Assembly (NCBI GenBank): GCA_964016885.1
Contig: OZ024740.1
Coordinates: forward strand, 402,008,001-402,072,000
DNA from: Eledone cirrhosa
Taxonomy: Eukaryota
Reading direction: 5' to 3'
Length of the DNA stretch: 64,000 bases
A program made the translations under genes and the position numbers. Positions within the stretch are counted from its first letter, which is position 1. Each line of letters begins with the position of its first letter. Positions 12,042-24,500 of the stretch are shown in pieces. A model generated the notes under the pieces. That model searched no databases. It had not been told where the DNA came from and saw only the letters and a program-made list of their open reading frames with translations.

Positions 12042-15000
12042 TTGGCCAAAGCTGGCTGTCAAATTATTTTCCTGAAACGCGGTCTAAAAATCGATGTCAT
12101 CCCCAATAGCATCAGTAACATCCGCTTACCAGTAAGCCTACGTACACCAGCTTTCCCAAACACCACTAAACTCATACATCGCACGTGTATTAAACAGTTC
12201 CTGAGACATCTCAACCGCCAATTACACATCCATAAGCGGACACTCTCAGAGCGGATACATCGACTGTCAATAACACCCGGCGACTTGCTCCTGAAAATCA
12301 CTAAAGCAATCGACCAGTGCTACCACTCCAGAGTCCAATACGAGAAAAAATGGCTCAAGCGGAAATATGAGTGGATCTTGTCTAAACTCCACAACGAGAA
12401 CATCGAAACTAACGAACAGACGGAGCAGAACCACGTGGAAAACAACAACGTAAAAACCGCCACCACCGCATCTACCAACACCGAGCCACACCTCAACGAT
12501 GCGACGCCGGTAACCGGCACGCTCCCGAGCGACGAGCTGAAACTCCTACACCTCGGACACAAGTTCATCGTCTCACAACGACTCGACGACAGACTCAAAC
12601 TTGACATCGTGGCCAACTTTTGTCGAGCCGCTTACTAACTTAAATGGGTGACCGCCATCAACAGCGCCACAGAAAATAACAGCGCCCACGCAACCCACCC
12701 CAAGTTCACCACTTACCACCCTGACAAACCACGCCACCACCCACCCACCAAGCACGAACTCGACACTAAATTCATCAGGCTAAAACACTACATCTCGGAT
12801 ATATTTCACAAACACACACAACCTCACCAAATCTCAACTCACCACTCTCTCCAACCTAAAATCGAAGAACCTCATCTACCTCCCCTCTGACAGTGGAAAA
12901 GAATTCTGCGTCATCAGCAGAGAGGCCTACAACACCCTGGCCCTCCAACACCTTGACGATCACAACCTCTACTCCAAGGTCACGGGAATCACTCCCGCGC
13001 TGATAGAAGAGCACATCAACGCCGCCTGGACCAACATCTGCGACCGGCGGAAGTTCCCGAAGAAGCTGAGATACAACCTCCTCACGAGGAACAGCAGACG
13101 ACCCGCCTTCTACCACCTCGTGAAAACACACAAACAGGGACCCGACCTGAAGATAAGGCCCATTGTATCGAGCGTGGAAGGACCACTCTACAAAATTTCA
13201 TAGCTCCTAGCCAGAATACTCAAACCCATCTTAGACACCTTGCCGGGACACGTTAACAGCTCCGAGGAGATGTTGAAGCGCCTGGATCAAATGGATCCCG
13301 ACACCAGAAAGAATAACAGATATGCCTTCAGCCTTGATGTAGTCGCTCTCTACACCTCGGTCCCCGCACTCCCGGCCGTTAATATACTGGTGGAACGCGT
13401 CCAACCCACCGACCTACACTGTTTCAGGCTCACCACCACTGACATCCACCAACTCCTATCCATCGTCTTCGACAACACCTACTTCGGATTCCTTGACCAA
13501 ACATACCAGCAAACTTCGGGAATGCCCATGGGATCAAGCCTGTCGGGTGTGCTAGCGATCTCTTACATGGACAGCCTCGAGCGCAAGTGACTCAACGCCT
13601 GCCACCCCAACGCCGTCGCTTTTTCTCAAGGTACGTGGACGATATCTTCATCCTCATATCTTCCCAAGACATGGCGAACAGAATCTATGAGACGTTCAAA
13701 AACACAGACGAGAACATTGACTTCAGTGTTGAACACCCCAACGACGACGGGTCACTTGCCCTCCTCGACTTCCGAATCAACATCACGGAACAGGGAGGGA
13801 TCCACTGCAACTTGTAACGAAAGGCAGCCTGCAGGGACCTGTTCGTCCACTACAAGTCCGCCTTCCCTAACAGCGCCAAAAGAGGATACATCACGAACGA
13901 GATCGCGCGAATCAAAAACAGATACAGCGATCACGCGAGTGGTGTCACTCATACCAAGCGATTCCTCGAGGTGCTGGAGACGAACGGGTACCCTACCTCG
14001 CTCACAGACAGAGTAGGAGACACCAGACACAAGAAACAGAGAGGCACCCAAGGCAAATGCTTCCTTAAAATGCCACACCTGGGCGAGAATACCAACAACG
14101 CTATCCGCAAGGCTTACGGAGGGAGGGCCTCGACATCCACCTGGCCCACTCGGGCCCCTCCCTGCGAAGATGGCTCTCCAGGAAACCCGGGAAATCAACT
14201 GACGCGTGCTCCCTCAGAGACTGCCCGATGCGCCATGCGATCTGTTGCCTACGCACATACGTCGTGTATAAGATAGAATGTAACAAGTGCAACCAATACT
14301 ATATAGGTAGCATAATCCGGCCGTTGCAGATCCCGATCAAGGAGCACACTAACTCCAGGGCCTCGTCTTTCCGGAAACACATAGCCAAATGCGGAAATAA
14401 AGACGGAAGGCCCACTGTCACAATTCTAGCGACAGAGAGAAACGACGGCACATTACGTATCAATGAAGCACCTTGGATCAAACGCCTAGGGCCACAATTA
14501 AACAACCGATCCGAGAGAAGCGAAATGAGGGGGTTGGTTTAAGTTAACAAACGATGCAGCAACACACGCACACAAGCGATACAGCAACACACGCACACAC
14601 ACACACACAAGCGAGACAGCAACACACGCACACACACGGTAGCATTCCACCATACGAACATATATCTGCCAATACAGAGGAACAAGGCAACAACACACGC
14701 ACGCACACACTCAAGCGAGACAATAACACACGCACACACAGTAACATTCACCAAACAGGCAGAGAATACTATGGACTGACTTCTAGCGCCACCCCACTCG
14801 CACAATTGAAAGAACTACTTCGGCCGCTGACCTCTGCTCGACTGACCCCATTTTCCGCGTACGCGCGCTCTGCTGAATACCTTATATATTCAAAACAACG
14901 AACAGCGGAGGACATCTTTCGCACCTTTCCGACAGACAACCTCCCCCTCCCCATATACATATCTTTAGATCGTTTGGAAGCCTCGACAATGCAGATGGGT

Positions 15001-15130
15001 AAATCTCCGGGTAACACGATCCGGTGGTGGAGAGATAGATGTAAGTGGGTGTATGTTGAGATGCGTGGCGTGTAGAAGACTGTAGCGTGTAGAAGAATGT
15101 AGGAAAGAGCGTAAAGGAGAAAAATAAAAA
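12042..15130 (+). mobile_element. Near full-length decayed Penelope-like element (RT plus C-terminal GIY-YIG, then 3' UTR)
   Basis: FYHLVKTHK..IRPIVS, FSLDVVALYTSVP, QTSGMPMGSSLSG, RYVDDIF, LALLDFRI, YVVYKIECNKCNQYYIGS..IKEH; several stops and frameshifts. Coding ends at 14542. The 3' UTR recurs at 37410-37872. Confidence 0.9.
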
Positions 15131-15186
<56 letters not shown>

Positions 15187-15249
15187 ATATATATATATAT
15201 ATATGTATATGTAGGTATATATGTATATATATATATATATGTATATATG

Positions 15250-15280
<31 letters not shown>

Positions 15281-15301
15281 GTATATATGTATGTATATAT
15301 G

Positions 15302-15336
<35 letters not shown>

Positions 15337-15363
15337 ATACATATATATATACATATATATACA

Positions 15364-15404
<41 letters not shown>

Positions 15405-15443
15405 ATATATATATATATGTATATATGTATATATATATATATG

Positions 15444-15528
<85 letters not shown>

Positions 15529-15585
15529 GTTTGTATATATATATATATATTTATGTATATATATATATATATATATATGTACATA

Positions 15586-15657
<72 letters not shown>

Positions 15658-15662
15658 TATAA

Positions 15663-15735
<73 letters not shown>

Positions 15736-16348
15736 CATGGTGGCTGCCAACTCGTTTTCGAGTACGGCCACTACTTTATATCCATGTAGGAGAACTCCTA
15801 CCAATGCGCTGAACGAGTGTGACTTTTTTAGTCCAGCCAGCAACTTGAAAACTCTGGTACAAACACTACACTTGTGACAATTATTGACACATAGTGATGG
15901 GCCCATGGTACCATGTGACCACAAGTGCAGAGAGATCTCCAGATATAAAGCAATGCCTGTGCCGTGAAGCTTTTATAGTGAGCAAAGGCACTGCACAAAG
16001 CCAGTCCCACTCTCTTAACCAAGATGATATTTACCAAAAAGAAGAACAAGTCAACATCATTGGATACCATCAGGGTTGCAGGTGTTATATCAGAGTTTTC
16101 CTTCTCCTAGAATTCTACCTTGACAAAGGCTAAGGGGTCATCTCTCCCAGTGAATTTGGATGGCCATTGACTCTTAAGAGCTCCTTTGCCCTTTGACAGG
16201 TTTTGTTTTTAGTCCTGCAGGATGTCCAAAGTCACCCTCCTCACCAAGAAACCTTGGTGGGGTTGCCAGTTTAGTCGCCAACGACCCGACCATGAGACAG
16301 GTTGTACTGGGATACATGTTACCAGTAGCACCAACTGGTGACCTGACA
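15736..16348 (-). mobile_element. Short non-autonomous RTE-like element (about 610 bp), copy 1
   Basis: Closely similar copy at 44769-45377 with the same ends. Minus strand has RTE-like 5' UTR motifs, a C2H2-like remnant ([20 protein letters not shown]) and a 3' hairpin ACTCG-AAAA-CGAGT before (TA)n. Confidence 0.6.
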
Positions 16349-16438
16349 ACAATATATATACATATATATATATATACATACATATATACATATATATACA
16401 TATATATATACATATATATACATATATATATATATACA

Positions 16439-16479
<41 letters not shown>

Positions 16480-16502
16480 ATATATATATATATGTATATA
16501 TG

Positions 16503-16535
<33 letters not shown>

Positions 16536-16582
16536 GTATATATATATATGTATATATATATATGTATATATATCTATATATC

Positions 16583-16799
<217 letters not shown>

Positions 16800-16826
16800 G
16801 TATATATATATGTATATATATATATT

Positions 16827-16859
<33 letters not shown>

Positions 16860-16971
16860 GTATAATATATATATATATGTAAATATATATATTTATATAT
16901 ATATATATGTATATATATATGTATATATATATATGTGTATATATATATATGTGTATATATATATATGTATT

Positions 16972-17003
<32 letters not shown>

Positions 17004-17023
17004 TGTATGTATATATATATATG

Positions 17024-17054
<31 letters not shown>

Positions 17055-17083
17055 GTATGTATATATATATATATATGTATTTA

Positions 17084-17114
<31 letters not shown>

Positions 17115-17136
17115 ATATGTATATATATATATATGT

Positions 17137-17168
<32 letters not shown>

Positions 17169-17261
17169 GTATATATATGTATATGTATATATATATATAT
17201 GTATATATATATATTTGTATATATATATGTATATATATATATATATGTATATATATGTATA

Positions 17262-17365
<104 letters not shown>

Positions 17366-17412
17366 TATATGTATATAATATAAGATCAAAAGATGGTTAA
17401 AGGAGTTCCATG

Positions 17413-17483
17413 TATTTTATTATGCGCATTTCAAAAACAAACATCATCATGCAATAATATTTGTGTTTTCATCAGATAAAACA
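17413..17483 (-). ncRNA. Minimal type I hammerhead ribozyme
   Basis: tgttttat-CTGATGA-AAACACAAATA...TGTTTGTTTTT-GAAAT GCGC ATA-ataaaata; palindromic stem III ATGCGCAT. Confidence 0.8.
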
Positions 17484-17904
17484 GTAGAACATGATATGTA
17501 GGCTAAAAAACACTTGTGGATAGTGCAGTTTTAAATCAACATATGAAAAGTGGTTTTAGATTGATGTGTGATATTGGGAAAAATATTTTATTTAGAGAGG
17601 AGGGGGGAAGGATGAAAAAGGGAAGGAGATGAGAGGGAGAGATGGGTGATAGAGAGAAAGAGATACTTTTTATAACTGAGAAAAGATATATTGTGTTACA
17701 TAGAGAGGTTGAGAACCGTTGGAAGATAATGTATAAATTAAAAGAATTTGAAAATTAACGAATTTTTCATCCTTTCCACCCCACCTCCCTCTCTAAATAA
17801 AATATTTTTCCCAATATCACACATCAATCTAAAACCACTTTTCATATGTTGATTTAAAACTGCACTATCCACAAGGGTATTTTAACCTTCATATCATGTT
17901 CTCC

Positions 17905-17976
17905 TGTTTTATCTGATGAAAACACAAATATTATTGCATGATGATGTTTGTTTTTGAAATGCGCATAATTAAATAC
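17905..17976 (+). ncRNA. Minimal type I hammerhead ribozyme (inverted partner of 17413)
   Basis: Same motif on the plus strand, within inverted repeat 17375-17618 / 17763-18013. Confidence 0.75.
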
Positions 17977-18163
17977 ATGGAACTCCTTTAAACATCTTTT
18001 GATCTTATATTATGTATACTCCAGTCCTACAAACTGTAGAGTGCTTCTTATCCGATTTCTCCATTGCTTTATTGTACTACAATAAAACTCCTACATATAT
18101 GTGTATATATATATATATGTATATATATTTATGTATATATATATATATATATGTATATATATG

Positions 18164-18236
<73 letters not shown>

Positions 18237-18349
18237 GTATATATATATGTATATATATATATATATATGTATATATATGTATATATATATGTATATATAT
18301 ATGTATATATATATATATATGTATCTATATATAAATGTATATATATATG

Positions 18350-18380
<31 letters not shown>

Positions 18381-18381
18381 G

Positions 18382-18430
<49 letters not shown>

Positions 18431-18447
18431 GTATATATATATGTATG

Positions 18448-18520
<73 letters not shown>

Positions 18521-18531
18521 ATATAAATATG

Positions 18532-18563
<32 letters not shown>

Positions 18564-18571
18564 TATGTATG

Positions 18572-18618
<47 letters not shown>

Positions 18619-18643
18619 GTATGTATATATATATATATGTATT

Positions 18644-18676
<33 letters not shown>

Positions 18677-18700
18677 TTATATATGTATATATATATATGT

Positions 18701-18770
<70 letters not shown>

Positions 18771-18771
18771 G

Positions 18772-18804
<33 letters not shown>

Positions 18805-18819
18805 TTGTATATATATATG

Positions 18820-18900
<81 letters not shown>

Positions 18901-18903
18901 TTG

Positions 18904-18948
<45 letters not shown>

Positions 18949-19035
18949 GTATATATGTATATATATACGTATCTATATATATATGTATATATATATATGT
19001 ATATATATATGTATATATATATGTATATATATATG

Positions 19036-19070
<35 letters not shown>

Positions 19071-19071
19071 G

Positions 19072-19102
<31 letters not shown>

Positions 19103-19187
19103 GTATATATATATGTATATATATATATATGTATATATATATATTTATATGTATATATCTATATATATCTATATGTATATATATATG

Positions 19188-19247
<60 letters not shown>

Positions 19248-19271
19248 CATATATATATATATATATATATG

Positions 19272-19374
<103 letters not shown>

Positions 19375-19390
19375 GTATATATATATATGC

Positions 19391-19465
<75 letters not shown>

Positions 19466-19481
19466 CATATATATGTATATA

Positions 19482-19541
<60 letters not shown>

Positions 19542-19611
19542 CATATATATATATATATATATATGTATATACATATATATGTATATACATATATATGTAT
19601 ATATATATATG

Positions 19612-19652
<41 letters not shown>

Positions 19653-19733
19653 GGATATAAATATATGTATATATATATATATATATGTATGTATATATAT
19701 ATATGTATATATATATATGTATATATATATATG

Positions 19734-19811
<78 letters not shown>

Positions 19812-19832
19812 TATATACATATATATATATAC

Positions 19833-19885
<53 letters not shown>

Positions 19886-19933
19886 CATATATATATATAT
19901 ATGTGTGTATATACATATATATATATATATATG

Positions 19934-19999
<66 letters not shown>

Positions 20000-20012
20000 C
20001 ATATATATATAC

Positions 20013-20081
<69 letters not shown>

Positions 20082-20136
20082 CTTATATATATACAAATAT
20101 ATATACATACATTTTGAAACAGTTAGCGAGTTTGAA

Positions 20137-20342
20137 ATTAGAAAATATATAGCTTTCACCGTATTTTAACTAAAGGAATTTTTTAGCTTGATAACGGGGC
20201 TTAGAACCCTCAGATAAATGGAAAAAGATGAGTATTGACGTCAATACTCATCTTTTTCCATTTATCTGAGGGTTCTAAACCCCGTTATCAAGCTAAAAAA
20301 TTCCTTTAGTTAAAATACGGTGAAAGCTATATATTTTCTAAT
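20137..20342. repeat. Spacerless palindrome with 103-bp arms
   Basis: Centre TTGAC|GTCAA at 20239/20240; one mismatch seen. Partial third copy of the end at 20489-20522. Confidence 0.9.
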
Positions 20343-20353
20343 ATATATATATG

Positions 20354-20500
<147 letters not shown>

Positions 20501-20523
20501 ATAGCTTTCACTGTATTTTAACA

Positions 20524-20683
20524 ATGGTCAATTGATACTGGTGACTGTGACACTTAGTGCCTTCGTGGGCCCCTGATGTTTTCAAGAAATATATTTTAAA
20601 AAATTGGTCAAGTGATACACATAAGTGTGACACTTAGTGCCTTCGTGGGCCCCTGATATATTCAAGAGATATATTCTAAAAAA
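20524..20683 (+). repeat. Two about 80-bp direct repeats
   Basis: TGGTCAA...TGTGACACTTAGTGCCTTCGTGGGCCCCTGAT...TTCAAGA occurs twice. Confidence 0.8.
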
Positions 20684-20768
20684 ATATATATCTTATCTCA
20701 ATTTACTTTATTTCATTTTATTTCATTTCATGTTATCTAATTTTATTTATTTACTTACTTGACTCCAT

Positions 20769-20800
<32 letters not shown>

Positions 20801-20885
20801 ATTTAAATTTTAATTTTAATTTTAATTTTAATTTTAAAATTTAATTTTAAAATTTAAATTTTAATTTTATTTATTTATTTAATTT

Positions 20886-20937
<52 letters not shown>

Positions 20938-21468
20938 TTACATTTAATTACATTTAATTATACATTTAATTATATCTTATATTATATTATTTTAATTTAG
21001 TCTATGTTATTTGATTTTAGTTTACCTTATTTTATCTTATTTTACGATTATATTATATTATGTTCTACGTATATAATTTTTAATTTTAATTTTATATTAT
21101 TTTATCTCATTCCTTACCCTATATTTTATATGTAAATTTGTTACGTATTTCTTTGTATTTCTTTTTATATATATTATAAGTCTGCTTTTCACCTATTTTT
21201 TACCTATTTTTTACCTACTCTTACCTAATCCCATTATCTTATCTACTCTTGTCTGTTCTCTTATCCATGTGTATGCTTGTATGTAACTATATGTTGACAG
21301 CACCCCGCCCAACTGTGACTGATAGCACCCCTTATTTTTATTTTTATTTTTATTTTTATTTTTATTTTTACTTTTATTTTTATTCTTATCCTTTATCGTC
21401 TATTATTACCTTTCATTCTTCAACGTCTTGGATTTGTTATTGCTTGTATGGTATGTAATTAACCTTTA

Positions 21469-21514
21469 TGCTCTGATGAGTCCCACTTATAGTGCGGATG
21501 AAACAATGTTAGCA
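21469..21514 (+). ncRNA. Minimal type I hammerhead ribozyme
   Basis: tgct-CTGATGA-GTCC cacttatagtgc GGAT-GAAAC AAT GTT-agca; GUU triplet; about 45 nt upstream of (TA)n. Confidence 0.75.
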
Positions 21515-21580
21515 AGTAAAGATATGCATATGCTATAAGCGTTCTTTGTTATTTATTATATATATATATATATATATATT

Positions 21581-24500
21581 GGAATAAATGCTCTGAAATA
21601 GCGATATATATGTGAATATAGACATAGAATATTCGAAAATATTCTGTATGTTTATAATAAACATTTTGAAGACCTAATCGCTATAGAATAGAATACGTCA
21701 CGTATTACAATTAGATTCTCGATAAAAGCAAGGGAAGTAATCTACGCGTTTCATTCTTGTTAGAAATCATCAGGACTACATATCCAGTGCTTTTATCGAG
21801 AATGACACAGCTAGAGACTTATAGAATACTTAGCTGTGTACAGGAACTGGTTTGAAAGAGCGGTTGCCGGTCCGGCAGAAATTAGAAATTGGAATAAATG
21901 CTCTGAAATAGCGATATATATGTGAATATAGACATAGAATATTCGAAAATATTCTGTATGTTTATAATAAACATTTTGAAGACCTAATCGCTATAGAATA
22001 GAATACGTCACGTATTACAATTAGATTCTCGATAAAAGCAAGGGAAGTAATCTACGCGTTTCATTCTTGTTAGAAATCATCAGGACTACATATCCAGTGC
22101 TTTTATCGAGAATGACACAGCTAGAGACTTATAGAATACTTAGCTGTGTACAGGAACTGGTTTGAAAGAGCGGTTGCCGGTCCGACAGAAATTAGAAATT
22201 GGAATAAATGCTCTGAAATAGCGATATATATGTGAATATAGACATAGAATATTCGAAAATATTCTGTATGTTTATAATAAACATTTTGAAGACCTAATCG
22301 CTATAGAATAGAATACGTCACGTATTACAATTAGATTCTCGATAAAAGCAAGGGAAGTAATCTACGCGTTTCATTCTTGTTAGAAATCATCAGGACTACA
22401 TATCCAGTGCTTTTATCGAGAATGACACAGCTAGAGACTTATAGAATACTTAGCTGTGTACAGGAACTGGTTTGAAAGAGCGGTTGCCGGTCCGGCAGAA
22501 ATTAGAAATTGGAATAAATGCTCTGAAATAGCGATATATATGTGAATATAGACATAGAATATTCGAAAATATTCTGTATGTTTATAATAAACATTTTGAA
22601 GACCTAATCGCTATAGAATAGAATACGTCACGTATTACAATTAGATTCTCGATAAAAGCAAGGGAAGTAATCTACGCGTTTCATTCTTGTTAGAAATCAT
22701 CAGGACTACATATCCAGTGCTTTTATCGAGAATGACACAGCTAGAGACTTATAGAATACTTAGCTGTGTACAGGAACTGGTTTGAAAGAGCGGTTGCCGG
22801 TCCGGCAGAAATTAGAAATTGGAATAAATGCTCTGAAATAGCGATATATATGTGAATATAGACATAGAATATTCGAAAATATTCTGTATGTTTATAATAA
22901 ACATTTTGAAGACCTAATCGCTATAGAATAGAATACGTCACGTATTACAATTAGATTCTCGATAAAAGCAAGGGAAGTAATCTACGCGTTTCATTCTTGT
23001 TAGAAATCATCAGGACTACATATCCAGTGCTTTTATCGAGAATGACACAGCTAGAGACTTATAGAATACTTAGCTGTGTACAGGAACTGGTTTGAAAGAG
23101 CGGTTGCCGGTCCGGCAGAAATTAGAAATTGGAATAAATGCTCTGAAATAGCGATATATATGTGAATATAGACATAGAATATTCGAAAATATTCTGTATG
23201 TTTATAATAAACATTTTGAAGACCTAATCGCTATAGAATAGAATACGTCACGTATTACAATTAGATTCTCGATAAAAGCAAGGGAAGTAATCTACGCGTT
23301 TCATTCTTGTTAGAAATCATCAGGACTACATATCCAGTGCTTTTATCGAGAATGACACAGCTAGAGACTTATAGAATACTTAGCTGTGTACAGGAACTGG
23401 TTTGAAAGAGCGGTTGCCGGTCCGGCAGAAATTAGAAATTGGAATAAATGCTCTGAAATAGCGATATATATGTGAATATAGACATAGAATATTCGAAAAT
23501 ATTCTGTATGTTTATAATAAACATTTTGAAGACCTAATCGCTATAGAATAGAATACGTCACGTATTACAATTAGATTCTCGATAAAAGCAAGGGAAGTAA
23601 TCTACGCGTTTCATTCTTGTTAGAAATCATCAGGACTACATATCCAGTGCTTTTATCGAGAATGACACAGCTAGAGACTTATAGAATACTTAGCTGTGTA
23701 CAGGAACTGGTTTGAAAGAGCGGTTGCCGGTCCGGCAGAAATTAGAAATTGGAATAAATGCTCTGAAATAGCGATATATATGTGAATATAGACATAGAAT
23801 ATTCGAAAATATTCTGTATGTTTATAATAAACATTTTGAAGACCTAATCGCTATAGAATAGAATACGTCACGTATTACAATTAGATTCTCGATAAAAGCA
23901 AGGGAAGTAATCTACGCGTTTCATTCTTGTTAGAAATCATCAGGACTACATATCCAGTGCTTTTATCGAGAATGACACAGCTAGAGACTTATAGAATACT
24001 TAGCTGTGTACAGGAACTGGTTTGAAAGAGCGGTTGCCGGTCCGGCAGAAATTAGAAATTGGAATAAATGCTCTGAAATAGCGATATATATGTGAATATA
24101 GACATAGAATATTCGAAAATATTCTGTATGTTTATAATAAACATTTTGAAGACCTAATCGCTATAGAATAGAATACGTCACGTATTACAATTAGATTCTC
24201 GATAAAAGCAAGGGAAGTAATCTACGCGTTTCATTCTTGTTAGAAATCATCAGGACTACATATCCAGTGCTTTTATCGAGAATGACACAGCTAGAGACTT
24301 ATAGAATACTTAGCTGTGTACAGGAACTGGTTTGAAAGAGCGGTTGCCGGTCCGGCAGAAATTAGAAATTGGAATAAATGCTCTGAAATAGCGATATATA
24401 TGTGAATATAGACATAGAATATTCGAAAATATTCTGTATGTTTATAATAAACATTTTGAAGACCTAATCGCTATAGAATAGAATACGTCACGTATTACAA

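Noticed and set aside
14543-15130. Expected HHR in the 3' UTR of the 12042 PLE
   Set aside because: CTGAATA and a minus-strand GAAAC-GT-GTC-like piece are present, but I could not assemble a core with matching stems.
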